The notes: generated by a model not told the origin, from the letters alone. Shown: positions 1 through 9,130, numbered from the stretch's first letter. The stretch: DNA of 64,000 bases from Candidatus Curtissbacteria bacterium (GCA_016183325.1 JACPEV010000003.1:82000-145999); one strand, 5' to 3'. Translations and numbers: made by a program.

Positions 1-278
1 AATCTATTACTTTTATATGTTTTCCAATTGGCTATTTCCCCAGCACCATTCGGTGCGGGGCTGGCGTCGGATGGATATGGGAGCGGTAATGTTACAGGTT
101 CTTTTACCTTTCTGATTAAAAAGCTGTTGAAAAGTAAAGTTGCTGCAACGACAAGACAAATAATCGTAAGGCCGATTAGAACAGGTGGGGTTAGATAGCC
201 CCTACTCGCCGTGAAGCGGCGAAGCGGGCCGGTTTTAGTATTCGGGGGAATCTGATAAGAAAACCAGGCGCGCCGCAT
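1..278 (-). CDS. Membrane-anchored surface protein with pilin-like N-terminus (runs off left edge)
   Basis: Manual translation from ATG 278: MRRAWFSYQIPPNTKTGPLRRFTASRGYLTPPVLIGLTIICLVVAATLLFNSFLIRK...ANWKTYKSNR; paralog of 806-1552. Confidence 0.8.
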   Translation of the reverse strand, partial: MRRAWFSYQIPPNTKTGPLRRFTASRGYLTPPVLIGLTIICLVVAATLLFNSFLIRKVKEPVTLPLPYPSDASPAPNGAGEIANWKTYKSNR

Positions 279-476
279 AGTTTTATCATCTCACTTTTTG
301 CTTTTTAAAACAAACGGTTATCGTATTAAAAGACTGCATACCAAAATCACGCAATTGCGCGAAATTGGTATGCAGAGGAAGTTTAGGGAATGTATACAAA
401 TATCTGACGATCGTCAAGAAATTGTATAGATTGAATTTATGAAAGAAAAAGTTTTTATTGCGTGTGTTTTTTGATC
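121..476. repeat. About 355-bp near-identical direct repeat, copy 1 (copy 2 at 1395-1749)
   Basis: Direct comparison; covers anchor-coding 5' end, promoter region, GCATACC..GGTATGC hairpin and the doc 3' tail. Confidence 0.95.
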
Positions 477-607
477 AGTTCTTCCCACGTCTTTGAGTAT
501 TTTTTGATAAGTTTTTTAGTTAACTTAGCAATTTTAGGATCAATTGTATTTGGACGTTTTGGTGCTTCTTGATCTACAGAATTTTTCCTCATTAATGATT
601 TGTGCAT
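455..607 (-). CDS. 50-aa orphan antitoxin-like peptide fused to the last Doc codons
   Basis: MHKSLMRKNSVDQEAPKRPNTIDPKIAKLTKKLIKKYSKTWEELIKKHTQ*; resembles C-terminal helix of antitoxin 2173-2397; IKKHTQ* identical to Doc end; TTGACA-N17-TAGAAA upstream. Confidence 0.6.
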   Translation of the reverse strand: MHKSLMRKNSVDQEAPKRPNTIDPKIAKLTKKLIKKYSKTWEELIKKHTQ

Positions 608-655
608 ATGTTTCTTTTCTACTTACTTTGCGCTGACTTGTCAACACACATCCTG

Positions 656-761
656 TTGTCATTGCGAGGAGGTCTGCAGAATGCAGACCGACGAAGCAAT
701 CTATTTTAAGTGAGATTGCTTCGCTTCGTCGAGCCAGACTCGACTTCGCTCGCAATGACAA
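656..761. repeat. Palindromic REP/RPE-like element (GTCATTGCGAG...CTCGCAATGAC)
   Basis: Terminal inverted repeats plus internal GAAGCAATC/GATTGCTTC pair. Confidence 0.85.
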
Positions 762-805
762 AGTAGTTATCTACTCTATAAATTTGAAAGGTGGAGAGGA
801 TTTGG

Positions 806-1552
806 TCAGTTTTGAAACTTGATTGTGTTGACCATTTGCATAAAGATTTGATCCCATTTCTCTTGTTCTTCTTTTGAACCTCCTCGGGACACAAATCCCA
901 AAATTTTACCATTAAAGGTTACATCGACCTTGTGATAATAAAAAATATCATGACCCCCTTCGGGATCTGTACCATCAACCACATATTCGATGGCAGGATT
1001 GCCATCTATCGTTAGATTTCTGATTTTGTAAAGAGGCGCTTTTGCAGCATGAAATTCCTCAATTTTTTCTCCTGGCTCTAAATTTAGTATTTTATAATAT
1101 TCATCGTAATTTTCTGTTACGCTAAAGCCGATTACTCCCCCAACCTTAGAATTATCGTTGGGCATAAATTGTAAAAACGCACCGCCGGTAGTTAAGGACT
1201 GTGGATGTTTAAAGCAGAATTTATCTTGAGAGTCTTTATAAGTAATCCAGTTTGCTGTGCCAGGAGTATTCCTTGGCTCGCATTCAAAATCTTCAATTTT
1301 ACTTTGGTGGTCTGTTTTGTCGGTTTGACGACTTGACGTTGGCTGTACAGAAGGTGATGGGTCAATAGTTTCATCTCTTGCGTTTCTAATGAGGAAGCTG
1401 TTGAAGAAGAGAGTGCCGGCGACAACAAGACAAATTATTGCAAGGCCGATTAGAACAGGTGGGGTTAGATAGCCCCTACTCGCCGTGAAGCGGCGAAGCG
1501 GGCCGGTTTTAGTATTCGGGGGAATCTGATAAGAAAACCAGGCGCGCCGCAT
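806..1552 (-). CDS. Membrane-anchored surface protein, PsbP-like ectodomain
   Basis: Start moved to ATG 1552 by paralogy; TM helix, Pro/Ser/Thr linker, NWxTY..F.FKHP motif. Confidence 0.75.
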   Translation of the reverse strand: MRRAWFSYQIPPNTKTGPLRRFTASRGYLTPPVLIGLAIICLVVAGTLFFNSFLIRNARDETIDPSPSVQPTSSRQTDKTDHQSKIEDFECEPRNTPGTANWITYKDSQDKFCFKHPQSLTTGGAFLQFMPNDNSKVGGVIGFSVTENYDEYYKILNLEPGEKIEEFHAAKAPLYKIRNLTIDGNPAIEYVVDGTDPEGGHDIFYYHKVDVTFNGKILGFVSRGGSKEEQEKWDQIFMQMVNTIKFQN

Positions 1553-1681
1553 AGTTTTATCATTCCACTTTTTGCTTTTTAAAACAAACTCTCGGTGGGT
1601 AATGGGTGGCATACCAAAATCACGCAATTGCGCGAAATTGGTATGCAGAGGAAGTTTAGGGAATGTATACAAATATCTGAC

Positions 1682-1817
1682 GATCGTCAAGAAATTGTAT
1701 AGATTGAATTTATGAAAGAAAAAGTTTTTATTGCGTGTGTTTTTTGATCGATCGTCAAGAAATTGTATAGATTGAATTTATGAAAGAAAAAGTTTTTATT
1801 GCGTGTGTTTTTTGATC
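1682..1817. repeat. Perfect 68-bp tandem duplication bounded by GATC
   Basis: 1682-1749 equals 1750-1817. Confidence 0.9.
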
Positions 1818-2176
1818 CAATCGGCGATTTGGTCTAGCGACGGCTTTTCGTTTTCTGCCCATAAGGCAAAATCCACTTTTTCTCTTTGTGTTGCCACAAG
1901 TTCGTAGCCATTTAAATACAAAAAATATTCTAAAGTTCCCAGTGCGGTTCTTTTGTTTCCATCGATAAATGGATGATTTGATGAAAGTGATTGAATAAGG
2001 GCTGCAGCTTTTAGAAAAATGTCGGGATAGAGATCTTCTCCACCAAAAGTAGCTTGAGGCCGACCTAGCGCTGACGATAAGAGATCCCAATCTCGAACAC
2101 CTTGAGAACCACCAGTTTTTTCTGTAACACGAAGATGGATGGCGACGACTTCGTCTAGGGTGGGATATTTGATCAC
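1796..2176 (-). CDS. doc: Death-on-curing (Doc/Fic) toxin
   Basis: HPFIDGNKRT degenerate Fic motif, 126 aa, overlaps antitoxin stop. Confidence 0.9.
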   Translation of the reverse strand: MIKYPTLDEVVAIHLRVTEKTGGSQGVRDWDLLSSALGRPQATFGGEDLYPDIFLKAAALIQSLSSNHPFIDGNKRTALGTLEYFLYLNGYELVATQREKVDFALWAENEKPSLDQIADWIKKHTQ

Positions 2177-2397
2177 TTATTGGCCAGCTCTTCTAAAGCT
2201 GGGCGATTTTTCTCGATGTACTTATCGACCCATTCTAAAAAAGCAGGAGTCAAAGTGGTTTTTCGAGCTTTTTTGACAGGCTGAATATCAACTTCAGCAG
2301 ATTGACCAACCTTCAGATTCTTTTCTTGAAGAACCTTTTTGGGAATAATGACGGCTACAGAATTACCGACACGAATTATCTTTTGAATCACGTTCAC
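2173..2397 (-). CDS. AbrB/MazE-family antitoxin of Doc
   Basis: KIIRVGNSVAVIIPK motif; C-terminal helix ending ALEELANK. Confidence 0.88.
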   Translation of the reverse strand: MNVIQKIIRVGNSVAVIIPKKVLQEKNLKVGQSAEVDIQPVKKARKTTLTPAFLEWVDKYIEKNRPALEELANK

Positions 2398-2449
2398 CCT
2401 GAGTTTGTCGAAGGGTTAGTACAATGTTATAACAAAATTTGGGGTTTTG

Positions 2450-2812
2450 TCAATCACTTGATGATTTGGTTGTTTCTAAACATTTTGTGAGCTCTTCCGT
2501 TGGTGTCCAGCCGCACTTACCATCGGGCTGTAGTTCGCATCTGGCATTTTTATAACAAGCAAATTCTGCTCGCCACTCGCAAGTAGTGATTACATCTTGA
2601 TCGGAGCAAACTTGGCTGCTACAACCGGTTATTTTGCAACCATCGGTTGACGTGGCTTTAGATTTCGGACTTGATTGAGCAAAAGGTGTTGGGATTGGTT
2701 GGGTTTTGACATTTTTGACGAGGAGGCTGTGGAGAAAAAAAGTTCCTGCGACGAAAAAGCAAACGAGCGCAAGGCCGATTAGGACAGGAGGGGTGAGATA
2801 ACCGCGGCGCAT
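2450..2812 (-). CDS. Pilin-like anchored protein with eight-cysteine-cluster domain
   Basis: MRRGYLTPPVLIGLA anchor; CKITGCSSQVC..TTCEW..ACY..RC..KCGW..KC (8 Cys). Confidence 0.75.
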   Translation of the reverse strand: MRRGYLTPPVLIGLALVCFFVAGTFFLHSLLVKNVKTQPIPTPFAQSSPKSKATSTDGCKITGCSSQVCSDQDVITTCEWRAEFACYKNARCELQPDGKCGWTPTEELTKCLETTKSSSD

Positions 2813-2851
2813 AGTTTAATCATGGCAGATTTTGGAAAATTGGACAAACTA

Positions 2852-3331
2852 TTAGGTCTGTAGTGTTTGAAGGATTTGAGAAATTTTTCCGTAGGCTTCG
2901 TCTGAATTTTTGTAGCTACCTTCTTGGTCCCTAGCCTCAACTATTCCATCTCTGAAATCAATAGTATTGTTTGTGGGATCTTTTATATATCCTGTGCGTA
3001 AATGAAGCCATCCAACTTCCTTATCGTCTGAATCTTTTTTCAGAATATATAAATCTGAACTAATTACATTACCACCAGGATCACTGGCTTGTGCTTCATA
3101 GCGAATTGTATATTTCAAACGACCCCTTTGAAATATAATATCTGGCCTTTTCCCTCCGTAGGTTGATATCTCAAAAAAGGCTGCGCCCGCAGCCGAGTTA
3201 TATTCCTGAGTCCCAAATAATGTTGCAGTGATAGTCGAGAGGGTTTCATAGTTTCGCCTACTGATTCCAATATCACCTTCTCCTGTTTCCGGTCCCTTGA
3301 TAGGTTCTTCTTTTCTTATATCTGTTGTCAT
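2852..3331 (-). CDS. Hypothetical protein
   Basis: 159-aa ORF with TATAAT just upstream. Confidence 0.6.
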   Translation of the reverse strand: MTTDIRKEEPIKGPETGEGDIGISRRNYETLSTITATLFGTQEYNSAAGAAFFEISTYGGKRPDIIFQRGRLKYTIRYEAQASDPGGNVISSDLYILKKDSDDKEVGWLHLRTGYIKDPTNNTIDFRDGIVEARDQEGSYKNSDEAYGKISQILQTLQT

Positions 3332-3441
3332 GTTTAGGGAATTATAACATCTATTCGCTCGAAAAGACTTATCTAGGTCCTTTCGTGGTCGTTGCCACTC
3401 CAGGATGACGAAAGAAAGAAATAGAATATATAATTGTTAAC

Positions 3442-4884
3442 ATGAAACGAATTTACATAACCACTGCTATCCCTTACGTTAATGCGGCGCCGCATATTGG
3501 TTTTGCCCTTGAGGCAGTGCAGGCGGATTGCCTGGCGAGATTTTATAGACTTTTGGGATATGACGTCTATTTTGCTTCGGGGACGGATGAAAATTCCCTG
3601 AAAAATGTGCAGGCGGCGGAGGCTGAAGGTTTGCCGACACAAGAATTGGTGGACAAATACGCCAAGCAATTTGAAAACTTAAAAGACGCGCTTAATTTAA
3701 CGTGGAATACTTTCAATAGGACCAGTGCCAAACACCATTTTGATGGCGCACAAAAATTGTGGAATCTTTGTAATAAAGAAGATATCTATAAAAAAAATTA
3801 TCGGGGACTTTATTGTGTTGGGTGTGAAGTCTTTTATGCCCAAGATGAAATTTCTGACGGAAAATGTCCAGACGGGCATACAAACATCGATGAGGTTGAG
3901 GAGGAAAATTACTTTTTTGCTCTCTCCAAATATCAAAGATACTTGGAGACGCTGATTAACACGGATCCTTCGACTTCACTCAGGACAGGTAAATTGCGGA
4001 TTGTACCGAATACGAAAAAAAATGAAGTTTTATCTTTTATTAAACAAGGACTTGAGGATTTTAGTATTTCGAGATCCCGAGAGAGAGCTCGGGGTTGGGG
4101 CGTGCCGGTGCCCGGCGACGAATCTCAGGTAATGTATGTATGGTTCGATGCTCTGACAACTTACTTGACGGCTTTGGGATTTTCGTCAAACGATGAACTT
4201 TATAAACAATATTGGACTAACAATTCCAATCGACTGCATGTTATTGGTAAGGGGATTATCAGGTTTCATGCAGTTTACTGGCCGGCGATGCTGGCATCGG
4301 CAGGGCTTCCCCTTCCCGCGATCGAATTTGTACATGGATATGTGACAGTTGATGGTCAAAAGATTTCTAAATCGCTTGGGAATGTGATCAACCCGTTTGA
4401 TTTAGTTTCTAAATTCGGCGTCGATCCGGTTCGATATTATTTACTTCGGGAAATTCCGGCGTATGGGGACGGGGATTTTTCGATTGCAAGATTTAAGGAT
4501 TTATACAATGGGGAGTTGGCAAATGGGCTTGGGAACTTGGTGGCGCGGGTGGCGCGACTGGCTTCTGATACAAGTCTGAGTTTGCCTGAAAAAAAGAATT
4601 TTAAGTTTAAAAAAACAGTTTCTGATAATTTGAGGATATTTAAATTTGATCAAGCTTTGCTTTCGATATGGGATGATATTTCGCGACTTGATAAAAAGAT
4701 CAATGAGGAAAAACCTTGGGAGCTCGCGGGTAAAAACCTTAAGAAATCGATAACTCCAATTGCCCAAGAGATTCGCGAAATTGCTTTTAACCTTGCGCCG
4801 TTTTTACCGGACACATCGAGGAAAATTCTTGATCAGTTTACGGGGAAAGTTTCGTCCGAAAAGCCTTTATTCCCCCGCATATGA
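3442..4884 (+). CDS. metG: Methionine--tRNA ligase (short form)
   Basis: ITTAIPYVN.PHIG, YVWFDAL, KISKS; in-frame insert PSTSLRTG at 3967-3990. Confidence 0.97.
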   Translation: MKRIYITTAIPYVNAAPHIGFALEAVQADCLARFYRLLGYDVYFASGTDENSLKNVQAAEAEGLPTQELVDKYAKQFENLKDALNLTWNTFNRTSAKHHFDGAQKLWNLCNKEDIYKKNYRGLYCVGCEVFYAQDEISDGKCPDGHTNIDEVEEENYFFALSKYQRYLETLINTDPSTSLRTGKLRIVPNTKKNEVLSFIKQGLEDFSISRSRERARGWGVPVPGDESQVMYVWFDALTTYLTALGFSSNDELYKQYWTNNSNRLHVIGKGIIRFHAVYWPAMLASAGLPLPAIEFVHGYVTVDGQKISKSLGNVINPFDLVSKFGVDPVRYYLLREIPAYGDGDFSIARFKDLYNGELANGLGNLVARVARLASDTSLSLPEKKNFKFKKTVSDNLRIFKFDQALLSIWDDISRLDKKINEEKPWELAGKNLKKSITPIAQEIREIAFNLAPFLPDTSRKILDQFTGKVSSEKPLFPRI

Positions 4885-5549
4885 AAAAGCAATTTAAGGT
4901 TTTTGCTTGGGATTTCCACGGAACCTTGGAACAAGGGGTTGAAGTAGGATTTTGGCATATTTTGAAGGCTATAGCGAAAAAGCGCGGAATAGCCGAGAAT
5001 TTTAAGTTGTCTGAAGTTAGAAAGCTCTATGGAGTCACGGTTGCCAATTATCTACGGCATTTTTTCCCAGAAAGCAACGAGGCAGAGATTCGTGAAGTGA
5101 TGAAAGACGTGGCAACTATTCAAAATCAATCACATTTAAAAAAATATGTTCGTGCGGCACCTGGAGCAATCGAAGTTTTGGGCAGGATTCGCGCGGCAGG
5201 CCACAAGAATATTGTTCTTTCTAATTCACATCCAGATCACATTAAGCCGCTTATTAAAATTGTTGGCATGGCCGAGTTAATCGATGAGGTTTATGCCATT
5301 GACAGGCACTACACGCACAAGAAATTCGATCCTGTTGTTGAAAAGACAAAAGTTTTAAAGCGAATTAAAAAACAAGACCAGCTCGGTCGCAGTCAGTTAA
5401 TTGCCATCGGTGATCGTGCCAGCGACATAAATGCAGGGATAGCGGCAGGAACGGTGACTTATCAGTTCCTTCGGCGTGGTTTTCCGATTGACGAGACAGA
5501 TGCCGACTATAAAATATATCATTTGAGTGAGATTTTGAGAGAAATTTAA
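4881..5549 (+). CDS. HAD-family hydrolase
   Basis: WDFHGTL motif I variant, IGDRASD motif IV. Confidence 0.8.
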   Translation: MKKQFKVFAWDFHGTLEQGVEVGFWHILKAIAKKRGIAENFKLSEVRKLYGVTVANYLRHFFPESNEAEIREVMKDVATIQNQSHLKKYVRAAPGAIEVLGRIRAAGHKNIVLSNSHPDHIKPLIKIVGMAELIDEVYAIDRHYTHKKFDPVVEKTKVLKRIKKQDQLGRSQLIAIGDRASDINAGIAAGTVTYQFLRRGFPIDETDADYKIYHLSEILREI

Positions 5550-6571
5550 TGTTTGTCGATACCCATGCGCATTTGGATTTCTGTGATGACATTGATGATT
5601 GGATTGAAAGAGCAAAAGAGGCGGGGGTTAGGAAGATTATTAATGTTGGGACTTCTATTGAGGCAAGCAAGAAAAGTGTTGAGATTGCAGAGAAGTATTC
5701 TGAAAATGGATCCCGAATCAAGTTCGGAATGACAAAAGAGGATGACTTTCAGATCTTCGCCTCAGTCGGAATTCATCCTCAAGACGGAAAAGGTGATGTT
5801 AAAAAGTTTGGCTCTTTGCTGCACTGTTTCGAAACGCTGAAGCAAATTGCAGAGTCGTCTAAGAAAGTGGTGGCGGTTGGAGAGACCGGACTCGACTATT
5901 ACTTAAAAACAACTGATCCTTCGACCCATTCGATGAACTCAGGGCAAGCAAACTCAGGACAAACAGCAAGGCAACTGACAACTGACAAGGAAAGGGAATT
6001 TCAAAGAAAACTTTTTACTGAACAAATAAAATTAGCGCGGGAACTAAACTTGCCGATTCTCGTCCACTGCCGTAATGCTTGGGATGAGATTTTCGAGATA
6101 ATTTCAAACGAGCATGATAGTCATCCTGAATTTATTTCAGGAACTAAAAAAAAGATTCCGAAACAAAACCAGATCCCGAAACCCATTCGGGTCGATAAAA
6201 TCAGACAAGTTCGGGATGACATGGTTCGGAATGACAGAGGTGGAGTTCGAGGTTTGTTCCATTCATGGACCGGGGATTGGGAAGCGGCGAAAAAGGCTTT
6301 GGATCTGGGATTTTATATTTCCTTTTCCGGAATTGTGACGTTTAAAAATGCGCCAAAGGTCGCAGAAGTGGCGAAAAAAGTGCCGCTTGATAGAATGTTA
6401 GTTGAGACGGACTCCCCTTTTCTTTCACCGGAACCTTATCGCGGAATGGAAAATGAGCCTAAAAATGTTATAATAACGGCTCAGTTTTTGGCCAAGCTTC
6501 GAGACATTCCCCTTGATACAATAGAGGATGCGACATCGCGGAATACACAAAGGTTGTTTAACATACAATAA
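5549..6571 (+). CDS. tatD: TatD-family nuclease with three in-frame repeat insertions
   Basis: DTHAH, GIHP, GETGLDY, HCR, ETDSP. Confidence 0.93.
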   Translation: MFVDTHAHLDFCDDIDDWIERAKEAGVRKIINVGTSIEASKKSVEIAEKYSENGSRIKFGMTKEDDFQIFASVGIHPQDGKGDVKKFGSLLHCFETLKQIAESSKKVVAVGETGLDYYLKTTDPSTHSMNSGQANSGQTARQLTTDKEREFQRKLFTEQIKLARELNLPILVHCRNAWDEIFEIISNEHDSHPEFISGTKKKIPKQNQIPKPIRVDKIRQVRDDMVRNDRGGVRGLFHSWTGDWEAAKKALDLGFYISFSGIVTFKNAPKVAEVAKKVPLDRMLVETDSPFLSPEPYRGMENEPKNVIITAQFLAKLRDIPLDTIEDATSRNTQRLFNIQ

Positions 6572-6573
6572 AT

Positions 6574-6780
6574 CCGAAATACGCAGCACGAAATTAGTGC
6601 ATAAAGAAATTAGTTACTGGAAATTAGAAAATTGTAATGGAAAGTAGAAAATAGAAAATGGAGAATAAATTATAACTATTTTCCAATCTCAATTTTCCAT
6701 TTCCAATTTTGCGAAGCAAAACTTCGCTTTCCAGTTTCTAGAAACTATTTTCTAGAATACAGAATTGTTTCGTATTTCGG
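6574..6780. repeat. Foldback of divergent heptamer arrays (GAAATTA / TTTCCAA type)
   Basis: Outer IR CCGAAATACG/CGTATTTCGG with purine-rich then pyrimidine-rich 7-mer arms. Confidence 0.75.
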
Positions 6781-6834
6781 CCGGGGACTTTTTCCTGGAG
6801 TTTAATACTTTTTCCCGTCTGGGGATCGTTTTGG

Positions 6835-8211
6835 GTGCCACATTATGTTGCTTATTACATTATTCTTTTTGATATTTTGTGGTTTTATAAATCCGGATCT
6901 TTGGCGCTAACTTCCGTGATTTCTCATCTAAAGATGAACGCGGCAAAAAATTATGACTGGCTTGCGGATGCAAAACGCTTGCCAAACTTTAAAAAAATTC
7001 ACCACTTGATTGTGATTCCAACTTTTAAAGAACCTCTGCACACACTCGAGCGAGGTTTGGATTCTTGCGCAAGTCAGGATTTTCCCAAGAAACAGATTTC
7101 GGTTTGTTTGGCTTTTGAAGAACGGGAGGGAAATGATGCACATGAGAAGGCCAGAAAGCTTGCGGCTAAATACAAAAATAAATTCGCCAATCTCATTACT
7201 ACTTTTCATCCGGAGATCCCAAGTGAGGTTAAAGGTAAATCTTCGAATGAAGCATGGGCCGGGAAATATACCAAGAAGATTTTGGTTGATGTGCAAAAGA
7301 GAGATATAAATTACATCACGGTCACGTCAAAAGACGCGGATGGAGTTTTATCCGAGAAATTTCTTTCGGCTTTAACTTATCAATTTTTAACTTCCGAAAA
7401 TCGTCATTTACTTTTTTGGCAACCGGTTGTTCTTTATTACACGAATATTTGGAAGGTACCGGCGCCAATTAGGGTGATGAGCACTCTTGGCTCTGTTTGG
7501 CAAACTGCAATGAACACCAGGACAGACAAGCTGGTTAACTTTTCGATTTATTCAACATCCTTGAAACTTTTGGACGATGTTGGTTATTGGGATGTTGATG
7601 TGATTCCTGAGGATTTTAGAATTTTTTTCAAAAGCTATTTTGCAAAAAACGGGAAAGTGGAAGTCGATCCGATATTTTTGCCGGTTTATGCAGATGCGGC
7701 AGAATCGACAAGCTACATGAAATCGCTTGTTAATTTTTACGAACAGGAAAAAAGGTGGGCTTGGGGAGTTTCCGATGACGCTTATTTTCTTAAGAAGTGG
7801 ATAACTCATACTCATATTCCGTTTTGGCATAGAACTATTCGAGTTTTTAGAGTAATTGCGGACCATTTTTTGTGGCCGGTTAATTGGTTTGCGATAACAG
7901 TTGGTGCCAATATTCCGGTACTTTTAAATCCGCTTTTTGCACAAACTGTAATGGGGCAAAATCTGCCGAGAGTTTCGTTTGGAATTTTGACAATTTGCTG
8001 GCTATTTTTGGCGGTGATTCTGATTGTTGACATGAGACAGAGACCAAAACGCACTGAGAAGGTTTCAATTTTCCGTAAAATTTTAGCACCGGTGGAGTTT
8101 GTGCTTTTGCCAATTGTGACTTTAATTTTTTCGGCGCTACCGGGCATTGATGCCCACACCAGACTGATGCTGGGGAAGTACTTGGAGTATAGAGTAACAG
8201 AGAAAGTCTAG
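6835..8211 (+). CDS. GT2 membrane glycosyltransferase (start uncertain)
   Basis: IPTFKE, GKSSN, DAD, IPED, QEKRWAWG; coding-like sequence extends to 6781 without a start codon. Confidence 0.85.
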   Translation: MPHYVAYYIILFDILWFYKSGSLALTSVISHLKMNAAKNYDWLADAKRLPNFKKIHHLIVIPTFKEPLHTLERGLDSCASQDFPKKQISVCLAFEEREGNDAHEKARKLAAKYKNKFANLITTFHPEIPSEVKGKSSNEAWAGKYTKKILVDVQKRDINYITVTSKDADGVLSEKFLSALTYQFLTSENRHLLFWQPVVLYYTNIWKVPAPIRVMSTLGSVWQTAMNTRTDKLVNFSIYSTSLKLLDDVGYWDVDVIPEDFRIFFKSYFAKNGKVEVDPIFLPVYADAAESTSYMKSLVNFYEQEKRWAWGVSDDAYFLKKWITHTHIPFWHRTIRVFRVIADHFLWPVNWFAITVGANIPVLLNPLFAQTVMGQNLPRVSFGILTICWLFLAVILIVDMRQRPKRTEKVSIFRKILAPVEFVLLPIVTLIFSALPGIDAHTRLMLGKYLEYRVTEKV

Positions 8212-8404
8212 GGGCGCTTCTGGCAACAGACGGTTTGGGGGCTAATGAATCGATTTATTAGCGATAAAAATGTCGAAGTGAATCAATTTTTTAAATTTTG
8301 AGGCTGAAAACATCACAAATTATGACATGTCAAAAAATGTGATGGTTATGTTTTAACCAAAGAAGATTCTACGAATATTGGCTATAAGGAATTTTGCCTA
8401 TGGG

Positions 8405-8821
8405 TTATTTGTCAATGCCGAGGCGCTTGTAGCCGTTTTTGGCAAAAGTTTCGTCAAAGCCAAATATTTCGTTTGTCTCGAACTCATCGGCAAAGGCCAT
8501 GACTAGACAATCTGTAAAACTGACAGACTTTGGTTGTCTTTGGAATTTCTCTAATGTCTTTTTGCGAATTTGCAATGTTGCCTCCATAATGGATAGCTCT
8601 TTTGATTCTAAAAACTTCCAGCCAGTTTCGACTGATAATTCATGGTTAACTTTTTTCCCTAAGACATTTAGAGTTTCTGCAAATATTTCGCCAGGAATAA
8701 TTAATGCACGGTTTGTTTTTTTAATGTGGATGCTTAAACTAACTGCAAGATTATGGTCGTGGTCGACAGTTGATGCTTGTGCCACAAGCGCACTCGAGTC
8801 TGCAATTACTGGAGTTTTCAT
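8405..8821 (-). CDS. VapC/PIN toxin
   Basis: IADSSA..E..SFTDC..FGFD. Confidence 0.88.
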   Translation of the reverse strand: MKTPVIADSSALVAQASTVDHDHNLAVSLSIHIKKTNRALIIPGEIFAETLNVLGKKVNHELSVETGWKFLESKELSIMEATLQIRKKTLEKFQRQPKSVSFTDCLVMAFADEFETNEIFGFDETFAKNGYKRLGIDK

Positions 8822-9060
8822 TCCTCGTAGAGGTACTTATCGATATTTCTGGAAAGATCCTTTGGAGCTTTGGTTTTATATTTTTCCCCTAACTTTGCAA
8901 TCTCTAGTAAAACGTCGCCTGCATTTTTGGGTGTTTTCTTGTCGAGACTGTCTTCCAGCGCCTCACGGATTACTGCCGCTTTGGTCTTTTTCTCTCTTTT
9001 GGAGATTAAGTCTATATGCTGATAGAGACCTTTAGGTAAGTAAATTTGAGTGCGGATCAT
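8818..9060 (-). CDS. RHH/CopG antitoxin
   Basis: MIRTQIYL..AAVIREAL..DLSRNIDKYLY; coupled to PIN gene. Confidence 0.85.
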   Translation of the reverse strand: MIRTQIYLPKGLYQHIDLISKREKKTKAAVIREALEDSLDKKTPKNAGDVLLEIAKLGEKYKTKAPKDLSRNIDKYLYEE

Positions 9061-9130
9061 ATGTCTGATGTATAACATATATTTTGTTGGTTTGTCAATG
9101 TAATGACTTTCTTAATATACTGATTAGGAA

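Noticed and set aside
540-761. 73-aa ORF MSLRAKSSLARRSEAIS
   Set aside because: Translation of the palindromic element; the plausible ORF is 455-607 in another frame
1553-1690. 46-aa N-terminal extension of ORF 806-1690
   Set aside because: Covers the duplicated non-coding hairpin region; paralogs start at MRR
121-1749. Diversity-generating retroelement template/variable repeat pair
   Set aside because: Differences are not adenine-specific and no reverse transcriptase is present
1682-1817. 68-bp tandem duplication as a functional element
   Set aside because: Perfect and GATC-bounded; slippage or assembly artefact cannot be excluded
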